Positions 1 to 7,890 of a DNA stretch of 64,000 nt are shown piece by piece. Source of the DNA: a virus (Duplodnaviria; Caudoviricetes); the IMG/VR virus record IMGVR_UViG_3300009370_000001, one strand, 5' to 3'. The notes beneath the pieces were generated by a model that saw nothing but the letters and a program-made list of their open reading frames with translations, was not told the DNA's origin and did not search any database. The position numbers and the translations under genes were made by a program. Position 1 is the stretch's first letter, and the number at the start of each line of letters is the position of its first letter.

Positions 1-171
1 TGTGTTTGATGAAACTGTTAAGTCCCATCAACAACTTCAAGATGATTACATTGAGGCATTCTTAGATCAAGACGACGAAAAGATGCGTGCCATTAATAGA
101 GAGTTAGTTGTTGTGGAGTCGGCATTTGAAGTTACAGCTAATATGATAGACGCTGTTGAGGAAGTGTATTC

Positions 172-438
172 TTGACCAAGATTTATTGTTATTGTCTCTT
201 TGATGGACGAGGCAATTTTCACGGGGTCTACTCTTCGGTAACTGCTGTCCATCGAGATGCGTTAAAGATCTGCAACAAAGGTTCTGGGCATGTCACGATG
301 GAGACTTCTACCGGACCCATTCCTCCTTCTGCCACTCTCCTCCGAAATGCTTTTAAGGGTGCGTTTGATGTGCAGGTGCATTATTCGGGCGGGCCCGGAA
401 ACCAAGCTAAGATTATAAAGACTAAACTAAAGGAGTAA
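172..438 (+). CDS. hypothetical protein
   Basis: ORF track; abuts next gene. Confidence 0.55.
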   Translation: MTKIYCYCLFDGRGNFHGVYSSVTAVHRDALKICNKGSGHVTMETSTGPIPPSATLLRNAFKGAFDVQVHYSGGPGNQAKIIKTKLKE

Positions 439-439
439 G

Positions 440-685
440 ATGACCTATTTTGTATATGGGATTACGGACTGTCCGGCCTGTCTCCGAGCGTGTGCAGACT
501 TGATGGAAGCAGATTTAGAATATGTTTTTATAGAAACTGATTTTGCACCCACTTATCGATCTCAACTCAAAAAGCAATATCGACGCTCCACATTTCCTAT
601 TATTATTAGAGAGAGTGGGCCCGAAACGTTAATAATTGGGGGCCATGACGATTTAACCATCCATTTAGCCAAGCGTTCTGGTTGA
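440..685 (+). CDS. glutaredoxin-like protein
   Basis: CPAC motif, TFP cis-Pro region, IGGHDDL. Confidence 0.75.
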   Translation: MTYFVYGITDCPACLRACADLMEADLEYVFIETDFAPTYRSQLKKQYRRSTFPIIIRESGPETLIIGGHDDLTIHLAKRSG

Positions 686-726
686 CAAAAACTTTACTTG
701 CAACTGATCCTCACGCGTGCTATATT
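682..726 (+). promoter_or_regulatory. sigma70-type promoter, partial version of the repeated element
   Basis: TTGACA 682, TTGCAA 698, 17 bp spacer, TG-C-TATATT 721. Confidence 0.65.
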
Positions 727-998
727 ATGATCAGACACATACTTACTATGTGGAACTTAAACGAGGAGACTTAGTAAGATGGGTAACAGACTGGGGGATT
801 TATGCAGCGAGCGCGGATGGGTACGTCCAACGAGAATACCCACAATATGCTTACGGCGTCATAATGGAAGTATCCCATCGAGACCCCGATGCTGTAGTGG
901 TTTATTGCTACGATTCCAAACACGAATTCGCGGAACAAGACACGTGGGTTATCCTGCATCTGGTTCACGACGAATTCGAGTTAGTAAGCGAGGGTTAA
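717..998 (+). CDS. KOW/SH3-like microprotein (true start is downstream of 717)
   Basis: LKRGDLV...YGVIMEV...FELVS; track start lies inside the promoter. Confidence 0.6.
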   Translation: MLYYDQTHTYYVELKRGDLVRWVTDWGIYAASADGYVQREYPQYAYGVIMEVSHRDPDAVVVYCYDSKHEFAEQDTWVILHLVHDEFELVSEG

Positions 999-1001
999 AA
1001 T

Positions 1002-1277
1002 GTGTCTAAGGCGACCGAAGAAGAGGCGCTGGAAGCGCTTAAAAAAGAAATCCGGGTATGGTGTCACACACCATTTTTGGTTAATACAGGAACAGATGAC
1101 GGGGGGCGTTATCTGCAAATCTGGATCGAACGCCAGGAACCATCAGCACGTTTGGACGCCTGGATGGTAGAAATGCTCCCCGGTAGTAAATATATGGGTT
1201 GGCGCTTAATTGTAAGCAAGTGCCCACCCGACTATATAAGATTATTTATTTTAAATAAAAAACAAAAGGATTGGTAA
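1002..1277 (+). CDS. hypothetical protein
   Basis: ORF track; coupled to neighbours. Confidence 0.6.
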   Translation: MSKATEEEALEALKKEIRVWCHTPFLVNTGTDDGGRYLQIWIERQEPSARLDAWMVEMLPGSKYMGWRLIVSKCPPDYIRLFILNKKQKDW

Positions 1278-1621
1278 TGGAGGTTGGGGAACTGGTTTGT
1301 TTATACCGACGAAAGCATAAAGGGATTGGAATCGTCTTAGAAAAAGAAACGATTAGCGATGAAAAAATAAGAATAATAGAGATTGCTCAAAAAGCCGACT
1401 GGAAACAAAAAGAAGAACTAAAACGCAAAGCTCTTAGTGGGGCGTCTCAAAAAGGATTAATCGAAGCGGCCTTTCTCTATAACTTGTGGCAAGCGAACGC
1501 GAAGCTCAAAAAGGATTTTGTTTATATTAAATGGTTTCAGTGTCCCTCGGAGTATGAACAGACAAAAACTACCACGGATGCTGATTGGTTTCCGGTTGAT
1601 TGGGTGGGAAGAATAAACTAA
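1271..1621 (+). CDS. KOW/SH3-like protein
   Basis: MEVGELV...GIGIVLE. Confidence 0.6.
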   Translation: MVMEVGELVCLYRRKHKGIGIVLEKETISDEKIRIIEIAQKADWKQKEELKRKALSGASQKGLIEAAFLYNLWQANAKLKKDFVYIKWFQCPSEYEQTKTTTDADWFPVDWVGRIN

Positions 1622-1637
1622 CTCTATACTTAGTTAT

Positions 1638-1907
1638 GTGGCAACTACTCACATTCCAGTCTACAAAATCGGGGATCTTGTAAAGTGTATTTATGATCTA
1701 TTCGATCACTACCAGTATTTCTGGGATCAAGAGCCCGCAAGTGGCTATCCTTTCCACGGGATTATCATAGATATCCAAGACAATATGCTGATGGACGAAG
1801 AGGTTCACGAATACGGTTATGAGAAACTTTATATTGTTCGCTGTTTCGATGGACACGTCAGATTTTTTGCTCACTGGGAAATGCGGCTCGTGTCAACATC
1901 TTCTTGA
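1638..1907 (+). CDS. KOW/SH3-like protein
   Basis: YKIGDLVK...GIIIDI...MRLVS. Confidence 0.65.
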   Translation: MATTHIPVYKIGDLVKCIYDLFDHYQYFWDQEPASGYPFHGIIIDIQDNMLMDEEVHEYGYEKLYIVRCFDGHVRFFAHWEMRLVSTSS

Positions 1908-1947
1908 CAACTTTGTGGTTGACACCGGTATTAGAAGATGCTATATT
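1893..1947 (+). promoter_or_regulatory. triple-TTGACA promoter element
   Basis: boxes at 1893 (TCAACA), 1904, 1919; TATATT 1942; would drive tRNA-Leu. Confidence 0.8.
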
Positions 1948-1955
1948 AAGAACAT

Positions 1956-2043
1956 GGCCGAGTGGTGGAATAGGTAGACACACCGGACTTAAAATCCGTT
2001 GATCATTATGATCGTGAGGGTTCAAGTCCCTCCTCGGCTACCA
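1956..2043 (+). tRNA. tRNA-Leu (anticodon TAA)
   Basis: GGCCGAG/CTCGGCT acceptor, CT-TAA-AA loop, long variable arm, GTTCAAGTC T-loop, encoded CCA. Confidence 0.95.
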
Positions 2044-2044
2044 C

Positions 2045-2099
2045 CTTACATCTTCTTGACAACTTTTGGCTTGACCACACAAACTGGGCATGCTATATT
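2045..2099 (+). promoter_or_regulatory. triple-TTGACA promoter element
   Basis: boxes at 2045 (CTTACA), 2056, 2071; TATATT 2094. Confidence 0.8.
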
Positions 2100-2156
2100 A
2101 TGAACACTGACCACATTAACATCTTCACCGACGAAGAAATCAACAAGGAGCTACGG

Positions 2157-2540
2157 ATGGGCACCCGCTCACACATTTATATTGAAACCGAACCAGGAAG
2201 ATTTCTGGGAACTTACTGTCAGTTTGACGGCTATCCTTCCCATATGTTTCCACAACTTGAAAAGCGCAGCCATGACGAAGTATATAGTATTATCGTCAGA
2301 GGACAAACACGCGGTGGCTTGGTAGGCATTGCTGCTACGCCGTCTTCTCCTATTGAATATCAAGATGGAATGGGGGAAGCATCTTTTCTTTTTAATCCGA
2401 CAGACTATCTCGAAAGCACCTGCGTTAACTACGTTTATGTAAAGCGACTGGATGGAACGGTACTATGGCGGGAAACCCGCAACGCTGAACCTGGAATCCC
2501 GATGCCCTGGTATAACACAGCACCCGAGGAGGAAGAATAA
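2157..2540 (+). CDS. phage hypothetical protein (MGTRS...DGYP type)
   Basis: AAGGAG RBS before ATG 2157; start corrected from the track. Confidence 0.65.
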   Translation: MGTRSHIYIETEPGRFLGTYCQFDGYPSHMFPQLEKRSHDEVYSIIVRGQTRGGLVGIAATPSSPIEYQDGMGEASFLFNPTDYLESTCVNYVYVKRLDGTVLWRETRNAEPGIPMPWYNTAPEEEE

Positions 2541-2541
2541 A

Positions 2542-2763
2542 ATGATGTTTGAAGCAGGCGAAAAAGTTATTGTAATGGCAGGCAGTGTTCATTCTCCGTC
2601 CTATCTACAGGGCGAGAGCGGAATGATCCTTGAAGTATCGGGATCATCTGATTATGTACCTGAACATTATACTATTAAGTTTGAGAAAGAGACTCATATT
2701 CTTTATGGGTCCGAACTACGGAGAGAAGAAAGTGAACAAGACGTGACGTATGAACTAAAATAA
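2542..2763 (+). CDS. KOW/SH3-like microprotein
   Basis: FEAGEKV...GMILEV...SELR; GGAGG RBS. Confidence 0.65.
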   Translation: MMFEAGEKVIVMAGSVHSPSYLQGESGMILEVSGSSDYVPEHYTIKFEKETHILYGSELRREESEQDVTYELK

Positions 2764-2769
2764 GTGGTT

Positions 2770-2924
2770 GGCCCCTGGAGTAATACTTAAGGACATTCGG
2801 GTTCAATGTCTACAATGAACCTTGTACCCATCTGGTGAGGTGAAACCTGCGAGGGTAATGCAGGAGTGGAAAGTAGGCTAACGAGTGGAAGACGCGGTGA
2901 AGACAGCGTTCCTCTCCAGGGGCC
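2770..2924 (+). ncRNA. candidate structured ncRNA of unknown family
   Basis: 11-bp closing stem 2770-2780/2914-2924, internal H-type pseudoknot and two hairpins in an intergenic gap. Confidence 0.55.
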
Positions 2925-2969
2925 TTTACATTGATTTGACTTGACAAAGAGAAGAAAATGAGATATATT
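2925..2969 (+). promoter_or_regulatory. sigma70 promoter with extra upstream boxes
   Basis: TTTACA 2925, TTGACT 2936, TTGACA 2941, 17 bp spacer, TATATT 2964. Confidence 0.7.
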
Positions 2970-2975
2970 ATACAT

Positions 2976-3182
2976 ATGAAAAAGGGTGACGTAGTTAAGT
3001 TTGTTTCTCCCCCAGGACTTCACCACTTGGATTCGGTGATGAACTGGAAACAGCAGAGTCCTGGTTTGGTCGTGGGGAGCAAAGACACTTCTCTCAAGAA
3101 GCGGTCTTATGAAGTGCTGTGGAAGAACGGCGAAAGAACTTTTGAATGGGAATCATATTTGGAGATTATTAGTAAAGCATGA
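2976..3182 (+). CDS. KOW/SH3-like microprotein, probably leaderless
   Basis: MKKGDVVK...GLVVG...LEIISKA; ATG 7 nt after the -10. Confidence 0.7.
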   Translation: MKKGDVVKFVSPPGLHHLDSVMNWKQQSPGLVVGSKDTSLKKRSYEVLWKNGERTFEWESYLEIISKA

Positions 3183-3358
3183 TTTATACAGTTATTTATA
3201 CAGATTACAAAAACGATTTGAAGTCCGAGGTAACGGATGGTCCGATGGACCGACCCGAAGCCTGGAAGGAAATGAAACGAGAATACGGCACAGTGCTGGC
3301 AATGGTGCCTGGGAGTCATCCCGTGTATACCAGCGGCTCAATGGAGCGAAAAGATTAG
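3179..3358 (+). CDS. hypothetical protein, 59 aa (below track cutoff)
   Basis: ATGA overlap with upstream stop; MIYTVIYTDYKND... Confidence 0.5.
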   Translation: MIYTVIYTDYKNDLKSEVTDGPMDRPEAWKEMKREYGTVLAMVPGSHPVYTSGSMERKD

Positions 3359-3418
3359 GAGACTGCTTACAGAGCATAAACAGTAAAGCTGGACGCTCAA
3401 AACATTAACCCCTATCCT

Positions 3419-3494
3419 GCGCCGGTAGCTCAGGGGTTAGAGCGTTGTTCTTATAAAGCAAATGTCGGTGGTTCAAGTCCACCCCGGCGTACCA
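3419..3494 (+). tRNA. tRNA-Ile (anticodon TAT)
   Basis: GCGCCGG/CCGGCGT acceptor, TTGTT-CT-TAT-AA-AGCAA anticodon arm, encoded CCA. Confidence 0.92.
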
Positions 3495-3522
3495 TTTTTT
3501 TATGACGAGGATATATACTAAT

Positions 3523-3711
3523 ATGAGCCATCACTATGGAGAATACTGGTCAAGCTGGAGCCACCAGCCTGCCACACCTAAAGAGCCTGAACTGCTTGAA
3601 GAGATTAAAACATTTCTTTTGACTCTCCATGAGAGTGATAAAGCTGCGGAGTTACTCCAAAAAATAGAGGCGGAAGCCGCCAAAGCGAATAAGCCTAAAA
3701 CTGATTTTTAA
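3523..3711 (+). CDS. hypothetical protein
   Basis: ORF track frame; start may be 3502 or 3523. Confidence 0.55.
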   Translation: MSHHYGEYWSSWSHQPATPKEPELLEEIKTFLLTLHESDKAAELLQKIEAEAAKANKPKTDF

Positions 3712-3935
3712 TGTTACCAGAGATTGACTGGCTTGAACACCAAATAGCGCAACTGCGAGAGCGGTGCGATCAGCTTGAGAAAGAAAACTTTGAGCTTAAG
3801 CGATGCATTGGCCGAGCTATCACAAACCTGGAACGAGATAATCAGCAGACCCGAGAATACATTGAGAAAGAAGAAACGAAAATCGTAGCGTTCGCCCCCA
3901 ACTTCAAGAAGCCGAAGTGGGAAACGCAAGATTAA
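3711..3935 (+). CDS. coiled-coil hypothetical protein
   Basis: heptad pattern; TAATG overlap. Confidence 0.6.
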   Translation: MLPEIDWLEHQIAQLRERCDQLEKENFELKRCIGRAITNLERDNQQTREYIEKEETKIVAFAPNFKKPKWETQD

Positions 3936-3946
3936 CCTTTCAATTT

Positions 3947-4022
3947 GGGTCCATAGCTCAATAGGTAGAGCATCGGACTTTTAATCCGCAGGTCGTGGGT
4001 TCGATTCCCACTGGACCCACCA
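3947..4022 (+). tRNA. tRNA-Lys (anticodon TTT)
   Basis: GGGTCCA/TGGACCC acceptor, CT-TTT-AA loop, encoded CCA. Confidence 0.95.
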
Positions 4023-4040
4023 TTTTTTTAAGAGAGAACA

Positions 4041-4217
4041 ATGAAACAAGAACACTATATTATTCAAGAATATAATCGCAAGACTCAAAAATATACGACG
4101 ATAGGTGAAGCTCAAGGGCTCACTGCCGACGCTGCCAAACTCAAGTTTATTGAGCAGACCAACTGGAAGCCGCGCCGCAACATTATCCTTTTCGTCCAGC
4201 ACCCCCTCTGTCGTTGA
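4041..4217 (+). CDS. hypothetical protein, 58 aa
   Basis: GAGAG RBS; stop lies inside the TTGACA box at 4214. Confidence 0.5.
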   Translation: MKQEHYIIQEYNRKTQKYTTIGEAQGLTADAAKLKFIEQTNWKPRRNIILFVQHPLCR

Positions 4218-4268
4218 CATTTACTTGACAACTTTGGGGTGGACAAGTGGCTTGCCCTATGCTATATT
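4214..4268 (+). promoter_or_regulatory. triple-TTGACA promoter element
   Basis: boxes at 4214, 4225, 4240 (TGGACA); TATATT 4263. Confidence 0.85.
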
Positions 4269-4274
4269 GTATGT

Positions 4275-4364
4275 ATGATCAGCAAATGGCTATGGATTCC
4301 GATTCTTCTGGTATACGGTTTCATCTTTGGAGCCAGCTACCTTCTAACCTCGTGGATGGTCTAA
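4275..4364 (+). CDS. 29-aa single-TM peptide, probably leaderless
   Basis: MISKWLWIPILLVYGFIFGASYLLTSWMV; ATG 7 nt after the -10; TAATG coupling. Confidence 0.55.
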   Translation: MISKWLWIPILLVYGFIFGASYLLTSWMV

Positions 4365-4561
4365 TGAGCCCAGGCAACCTTGTAATGATTAAGCGTGCTG
4401 CTATCGGCGTGCCTGCTGGCACCCTCGCACTATGCTTGAAGCGCGACGAGAAGCGCGGAGATTATGACGAAGGCCATGAGATTTGGACAGTCCAGCTTAT
4501 GCATGGGCAGCTACGGGGCATTGAGCGCCGGTATCTTGATATTGATTTGGAGATATTGTGA
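4364..4561 (+). CDS. KOW/SH3-like microprotein
   Basis: MSPGNLV...LEIL; start corrected from the track. Confidence 0.55.
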   Translation: MSPGNLVMIKRAAIGVPAGTLALCLKRDEKRGDYDEGHEIWTVQLMHGQLRGIERRYLDIDLEIL

Positions 4562-4761
4562 AAGTCGGTGACTTGGTAAAGAGCGCAGATCGTTTAGTTG
4601 GCAATCGGAATCGCATGCGCCTGGGAGTGATCGTAGAGGTAGACCCCGATAAAGCCGATCAACCGGGTTGTTTCGGGAGTTGTTTTATCCAGTGGATAGG
4701 CGATGCAGATTGGACATTCGTGTACGAAGAAGATATTGAGGTAATCAATGAAGGTCGGTGA
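4558..4761 (+). CDS. KOW/SH3-like microprotein
   Basis: MKVGDLVK...LGVIVEV...IEVINEGR. Confidence 0.75.
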   Translation: MKVGDLVKSADRLVGNRNRMRLGVIVEVDPDKADQPGCFGSCFIQWIGDADWTFVYEEDIEVINEGR

Positions 4762-4936
4762 TTTAGTAAGAAACCTTAACTCGGAAAGCGGTCTGCTTGG
4801 CGTTATTGTTTACTGGACAGATACCAAATGGCCCGACAACAATCAATGTACGAACCATCCAGTCGTACACTGGAACGACGGGCGCACAAGTTGGATTATG
4901 GCGCATCGTGTGGAGATTATAAATGCAAATCGGTGA
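4748..4936 (+). CDS. KOW/SH3-like microprotein
   Basis: MKVGDLVR...VEIINANR; 14-nt overlap. Confidence 0.75.
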   Translation: MKVGDLVRNLNSESGLLGVIVYWTDTKWPDNNQCTNHPVVHWNDGRTSWIMAHRVEIINANR

Positions 4937-5147
4937 CATTGTAAGGGTACATTGGGGCGCATGCGACTGGTCCGGCACGGAAGGTGTTGACTGGGGATAT
5001 GGCGTTGGCGTTGTGACGGGCGATATTGTGTGGTGGGAGAACACACGGCGTCTTGTGTCTCCGTGCGGCGACGTAGAGATTCTATTTCGCGGCGAGCGCG
5101 TAAACTATAACCTTGGTCGGCTGGAGATTGTAAATGAAAGTCGGTGA
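4923..5147 (+). CDS. KOW/SH3-like microprotein
   Basis: MQIGDIVR...LEIVNESR; 14-nt overlap. Confidence 0.75.
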   Translation: MQIGDIVRVHWGACDWSGTEGVDWGYGVGVVTGDIVWWENTRRLVSPCGDVEILFRGERVNYNLGRLEIVNESR

Positions 5148-5316
5148 CTTGGTGAGATATAAAGATTCACTCCGCGATGACGTGGGAGTTGTAATGAAAA
5201 TACAAACCGAGGGATCGTGTTCAATCTTTGGTCACACAGTGATCGTACAGACAACCGATGGGATTTGCCGTCAATATACCGAAAAGAATCTGGAGATTTT
5301 AAATGCAAGTCGGTGA
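5134..5316 (+). CDS. KOW/SH3-like microprotein
   Basis: MKVGDLVR...LEILNASR; 14-nt overlap. Confidence 0.75.
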   Translation: MKVGDLVRYKDSLRDDVGVVMKIQTEGSCSIFGHTVIVQTTDGICRQYTEKNLEILNASR

Positions 5317-5491
5317 CTTGGTAAAGATTGTGCAGTCAGCAATAGATCCGCTCAAGACTCCATTTTTGGAACAGGTCGGTGTGATTGTTAGAAAGACTAC
5401 ACTTGAATCAGAACAAAACGATTGGTATGATGTATTAACGCGGGATAGGATTCACTCATTCCGCGCAGACTATTTGGAGAAGATAAAATGA
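5303..5491 (+). CDS. KOW/SH3-like microprotein
   Basis: MQVGDLVK...YLEKIK; 14-nt overlap. Confidence 0.75.
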   Translation: MQVGDLVKIVQSAIDPLKTPFLEQVGVIVRKTTLESEQNDWYDVLTRDRIHSFRADYLEKIK

Positions 5492-5751
5492 AAGCAGGAG
5501 ATTTAGTAACACTTTCGGCGTATGCGAATGGGCTTCAAGCCCTCCAGCGGTGGTCAGACCGCTTCCGCCAATACCATAAAAAGCAGCCCCTGGTGGGATT
5601 GGTGATTAAAATCTCCCCGTCTCGGTGGGCGTGGGAAGGGATGCAGTATGAAGTACGATGGATGGAGCCGCATGGGCCGAAAGGTCGGGAGGGTAACTAC
5701 GGCGTACACACATTCAACCGCAAAGATTTGAAGTTTGTGAGTCGAGGATAG
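5488..5751 (+). CDS. KOW/SH3-like microprotein
   Basis: MKAGDLVT...GLVIKI...LKFVS. Confidence 0.72.
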   Translation: MKAGDLVTLSAYANGLQALQRWSDRFRQYHKKQPLVGLVIKISPSRWAWEGMQYEVRWMEPHGPKGREGNYGVHTFNRKDLKFVSRG

Positions 5752-6128
5752 TGGAAAATCTCACTCCAGAAAATTTTTTCCTGGTATTCCAGGTATTTAT
5801 CAAAGTTTTAGTTATATGGAGTCCCGTATTGTTTGGGACGTGGCTTTATATGTATTACACGCGCCCTAAAAAGCGCACAACCCAACGCAACAAAGGAAAG
5901 AAGATAATGAGAGCAGGCGAAGTATTTGAATGGCTGGATCAGGGACCAGCGGTATTGTTGGCACCATGTAAGATTGCCGATCCTATTCCCGTAGAAAAGA
6001 AGACCGAGTTTCTAAAAGATCCCGAAGGATTCTTGAAGGCATGGCCCAGCGAACAAGGCTGGACTATTAAACTTCTGGAAAGCGGCGACATCATCGACGT
6101 GCATGAAGACACGTTGACATACTCTTGA
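5751..6128 (+). CDS. hypothetical protein with N-terminal TM helix
   Basis: hydrophobic N-terminus; possible internal start at MRAGEV. Confidence 0.55.
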   Translation: MENLTPENFFLVFQVFIKVLVIWSPVLFGTWLYMYYTRPKKRTTQRNKGKKIMRAGEVFEWLDQGPAVLLAPCKIADPIPVEKKTEFLKDPEGFLKAWPSEQGWTIKLLESGDIIDVHEDTLTYS

Positions 6129-6168
6129 CAAGATTAACCTTGACTTACCGTCGCTGGCATGGTATATT
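6114..6168 (+). promoter_or_regulatory. triple-TTGACA promoter element
   Basis: boxes at 6114, 6125, 6140; TATATT 6163. Confidence 0.85.
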
Positions 6169-6174
6169 ATTAGC

Positions 6175-6306
6175 ATGAAAACGAAGAAAGTACCCAAGGC
6201 TCGTAACTGGCTCGCTGTCCATGCGTGGAATCGCAAGGGTGGAGCTATCCCTAACAAGAAGAAAGTTATGAATAAGAAGGCATGCAGGAAGAAGGTGCGA
6301 GCATGA
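6175..6306 (+). CDS. 43-aa very basic peptide, probably leaderless
   Basis: MKTKKVPKARNWLAVHAWNRKGGAIPNKKK...; ATG 7 nt after the -10; ATGA overlap with next gene. Confidence 0.6.
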   Translation: MKTKKVPKARNWLAVHAWNRKGGAIPNKKKVMNKKACRKKVRA

Positions 6307-6503
6307 GCAAATATGATTATGTTCCGTTTTTTGAGCGCGGCGATCTGGTAGAGATCAGCTTTGGCTATGGAGCTAAGAGCCTGGGCCTTTTTATGCATTA
6401 TGAAGGATGGGCTGACGATCTTCGCGCTAAGGTTTTTTGGGATGGTCAAGACCTTTCCACTCCGGTCGTGCAACTTACACTAATCAAGAGAGCAGCAGAA
6501 TGA
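6303..6503 (+). CDS. KOW/SH3-like microprotein
   Basis: FERGDLVE...LGLF...LTLIK. Confidence 0.65.
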   Translation: MSKYDYVPFFERGDLVEISFGYGAKSLGLFMHYEGWADDLRAKVFWDGQDLSTPVVQLTLIKRAAE

Positions 6504-6799
6504 ATATCTGGGTATTTATGGGACGCTGCGAAGGGGATCTATTCGCCACCACACACCTAACGGAGAAAGGCGCAGTCCTGGCGGCACTGGCGGATATTCT
6601 GGAATATCTGGGAATCGACAGCGACGAAGATGCGCGATCTAACCCCGAAGATGCCGATGCCCTCTTGCCCTGGGATTACGACGAGCTTAAAACATTTCCC
6701 ACCACGCAGCTATGGGAAGTCTACGCAGGATATCGTGAACATTTGTGGGATGATTTTTCGTATGAGATTGACATTCATCAGACACAGGTGACAGGATGA
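6500..6799 (+). CDS. acidic hypothetical protein
   Basis: D/E-rich; ATGA overlap; start corrected from the track. Confidence 0.6.
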   Translation: MNIWVFMGRCEGDLFATTHLTEKGAVLAALADILEYLGIDSDEDARSNPEDADALLPWDYDELKTFPTTQLWEVYAGYREHLWDDFSYEIDIHQTQVTG

Positions 6800-7083
6800 A
6801 ACTGGTTAGAGATAACATTCCCAAGATCATTAATGACTCGGGACGCGAATGTAAATATCATAAAGCTGACGAAGCTGAACATATAGCACGCCTCAAGGAT
6901 AAAATGGAGGAGGAGCTAACAGAGTTTATGCTTGAGCCATCTTGTGAAGAAGCAGCCGACATGCTGGAAGTGGTGCGCGGTTTGTGTCACATTCACGGCA
7001 TTGATTTTATGGATGCGCTGGATGCAGCCAACAATAAACATGCTCGACGTGGTGGCTTCGATGGAGGGATCGTATTGTGGTAA
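6796..7083 (+). CDS. MazG-like/phosphoribosyl-ATP pyrophosphohydrolase family protein
   Basis: KLVRDNIP and EELTEF...EEAADMLE motifs. Confidence 0.85.
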   Translation: MKLVRDNIPKIINDSGRECKYHKADEAEHIARLKDKMEEELTEFMLEPSCEEAADMLEVVRGLCHIHGIDFMDALDAANNKHARRGGFDGGIVLW

Positions 7084-7298
7084 AAGATACACTGCTGCAA
7101 GTCGGTGACTTGATAAGACATAAAACTTTGGGACACACCGGGTTGATTCTTCAAAGCGATCCGCGTTCCCTATGCAGTGAAATGATCCCAAGCTATTTTT
7201 TGATTGTGTGGAGCGATTGGCCTCGACTGCCCCAAGCAGATAACCAGACGTGGGCACTTGCAGATGATATAGAGGTGATTAATGCTGCAAGTAGGTGA
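7077..7298 (+). CDS. KOW/SH3-like microprotein
   Basis: LQVGDLIR...IEVINAASR. Confidence 0.72.
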   Translation: MVKDTLLQVGDLIRHKTLGHTGLILQSDPRSLCSEMIPSYFLIVWSDWPRLPQADNQTWALADDIEVINAASR

Positions 7299-7530
7299 TA
7301 TCGTTAAGTTTTTTGACTATGACTATGCCGCATTTCACCGCGATACGTCTGGTGAATGTTGGCGCATCGGTGTTGTGTCGGAGATCCGTCACGAGGTGTG
7401 GGATGAAGATTGGGATCCCGCATGTCTTCCGCTTGTCGTTGTCGTTCACGACGGACACAGCCAACCCCTCGTGATGCCAAACGAAAAAAATATCGGAACC
7501 TGGGTGGAGCTTATAAGTGCCCGTAAGTGA
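7282..7530 (+). CDS. KOW/SH3-like microprotein
   Basis: LQVGDIVK...IGVVSEI...VELIS. Confidence 0.72.
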   Translation: MLQVGDIVKFFDYDYAAFHRDTSGECWRIGVVSEIRHEVWDEDWDPACLPLVVVVHDGHSQPLVMPNEKNIGTWVELISARK

Positions 7531-7605
7531 TCGAATGTGGGTTATTGTTTCATTGGCGTTGGCCGTGACGGTGTGGTATTATGTGCGCTTCGGGGGAGGG
7601 GCATT

Positions 7606-7815
7606 ATGAAGGTCGGTGATTTGGTGCGACAGCGCGACGTTGGCATGCCTCGGCAGAATCGGAGAGTGGGCGTGGTGCGCGAGATCCGAAAGAAGGATCA
7701 CGCACGCTGGAAGGGTGATGGCTGGGATTCAGTCAGAGTATATTGGGGCGACAACCAGCGCATGAACGAGCGGTGGACTGTGCGCGGGTCATTAGAAGTT
7801 ATTGATGGCGCTTGA
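7606..7815 (+). CDS. KOW/SH3-like microprotein
   Basis: GGAGG RBS; MKVGDLVR...LEVID. Confidence 0.75.
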   Translation: MKVGDLVRQRDVGMPRQNRRVGVVREIRKKDHARWKGDGWDSVRVYWGDNQRMNERWTVRGSLEVIDGA

Positions 7816-7866
7816 CATTCTCTTTACAACATTAACCTTGACTACACCCCATTTACATGCTATATT
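7812..7866 (+). promoter_or_regulatory. triple-TTGACA promoter element
   Basis: boxes at 7812, 7823 (TTTACA), 7838; TATATT 7861. Confidence 0.85.
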
Positions 7867-7890
7867 ATAGGGGCAATCAGGAGAAAATAG

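Noticed and set aside
2832-2846. CTGGTGAG...GAAA resembling a hammerhead core
   Set aside because: It has CUGGUGA rather than CUGANGA, and no stem II between the elements.
3981-4220. Minus-strand ORF ending WVQWESNPRPAD
   Set aside because: Typical antisense translation of a tRNA gene.
4558-5751. Regularly spaced ~25-nt repeats resembling a CRISPR or integron attC array
   Set aside because: The units are 170-210 nt complete ORFs, and the repeats are degenerate coding junctions without palindromes or attC core sites. No cas or integrase gene is present.
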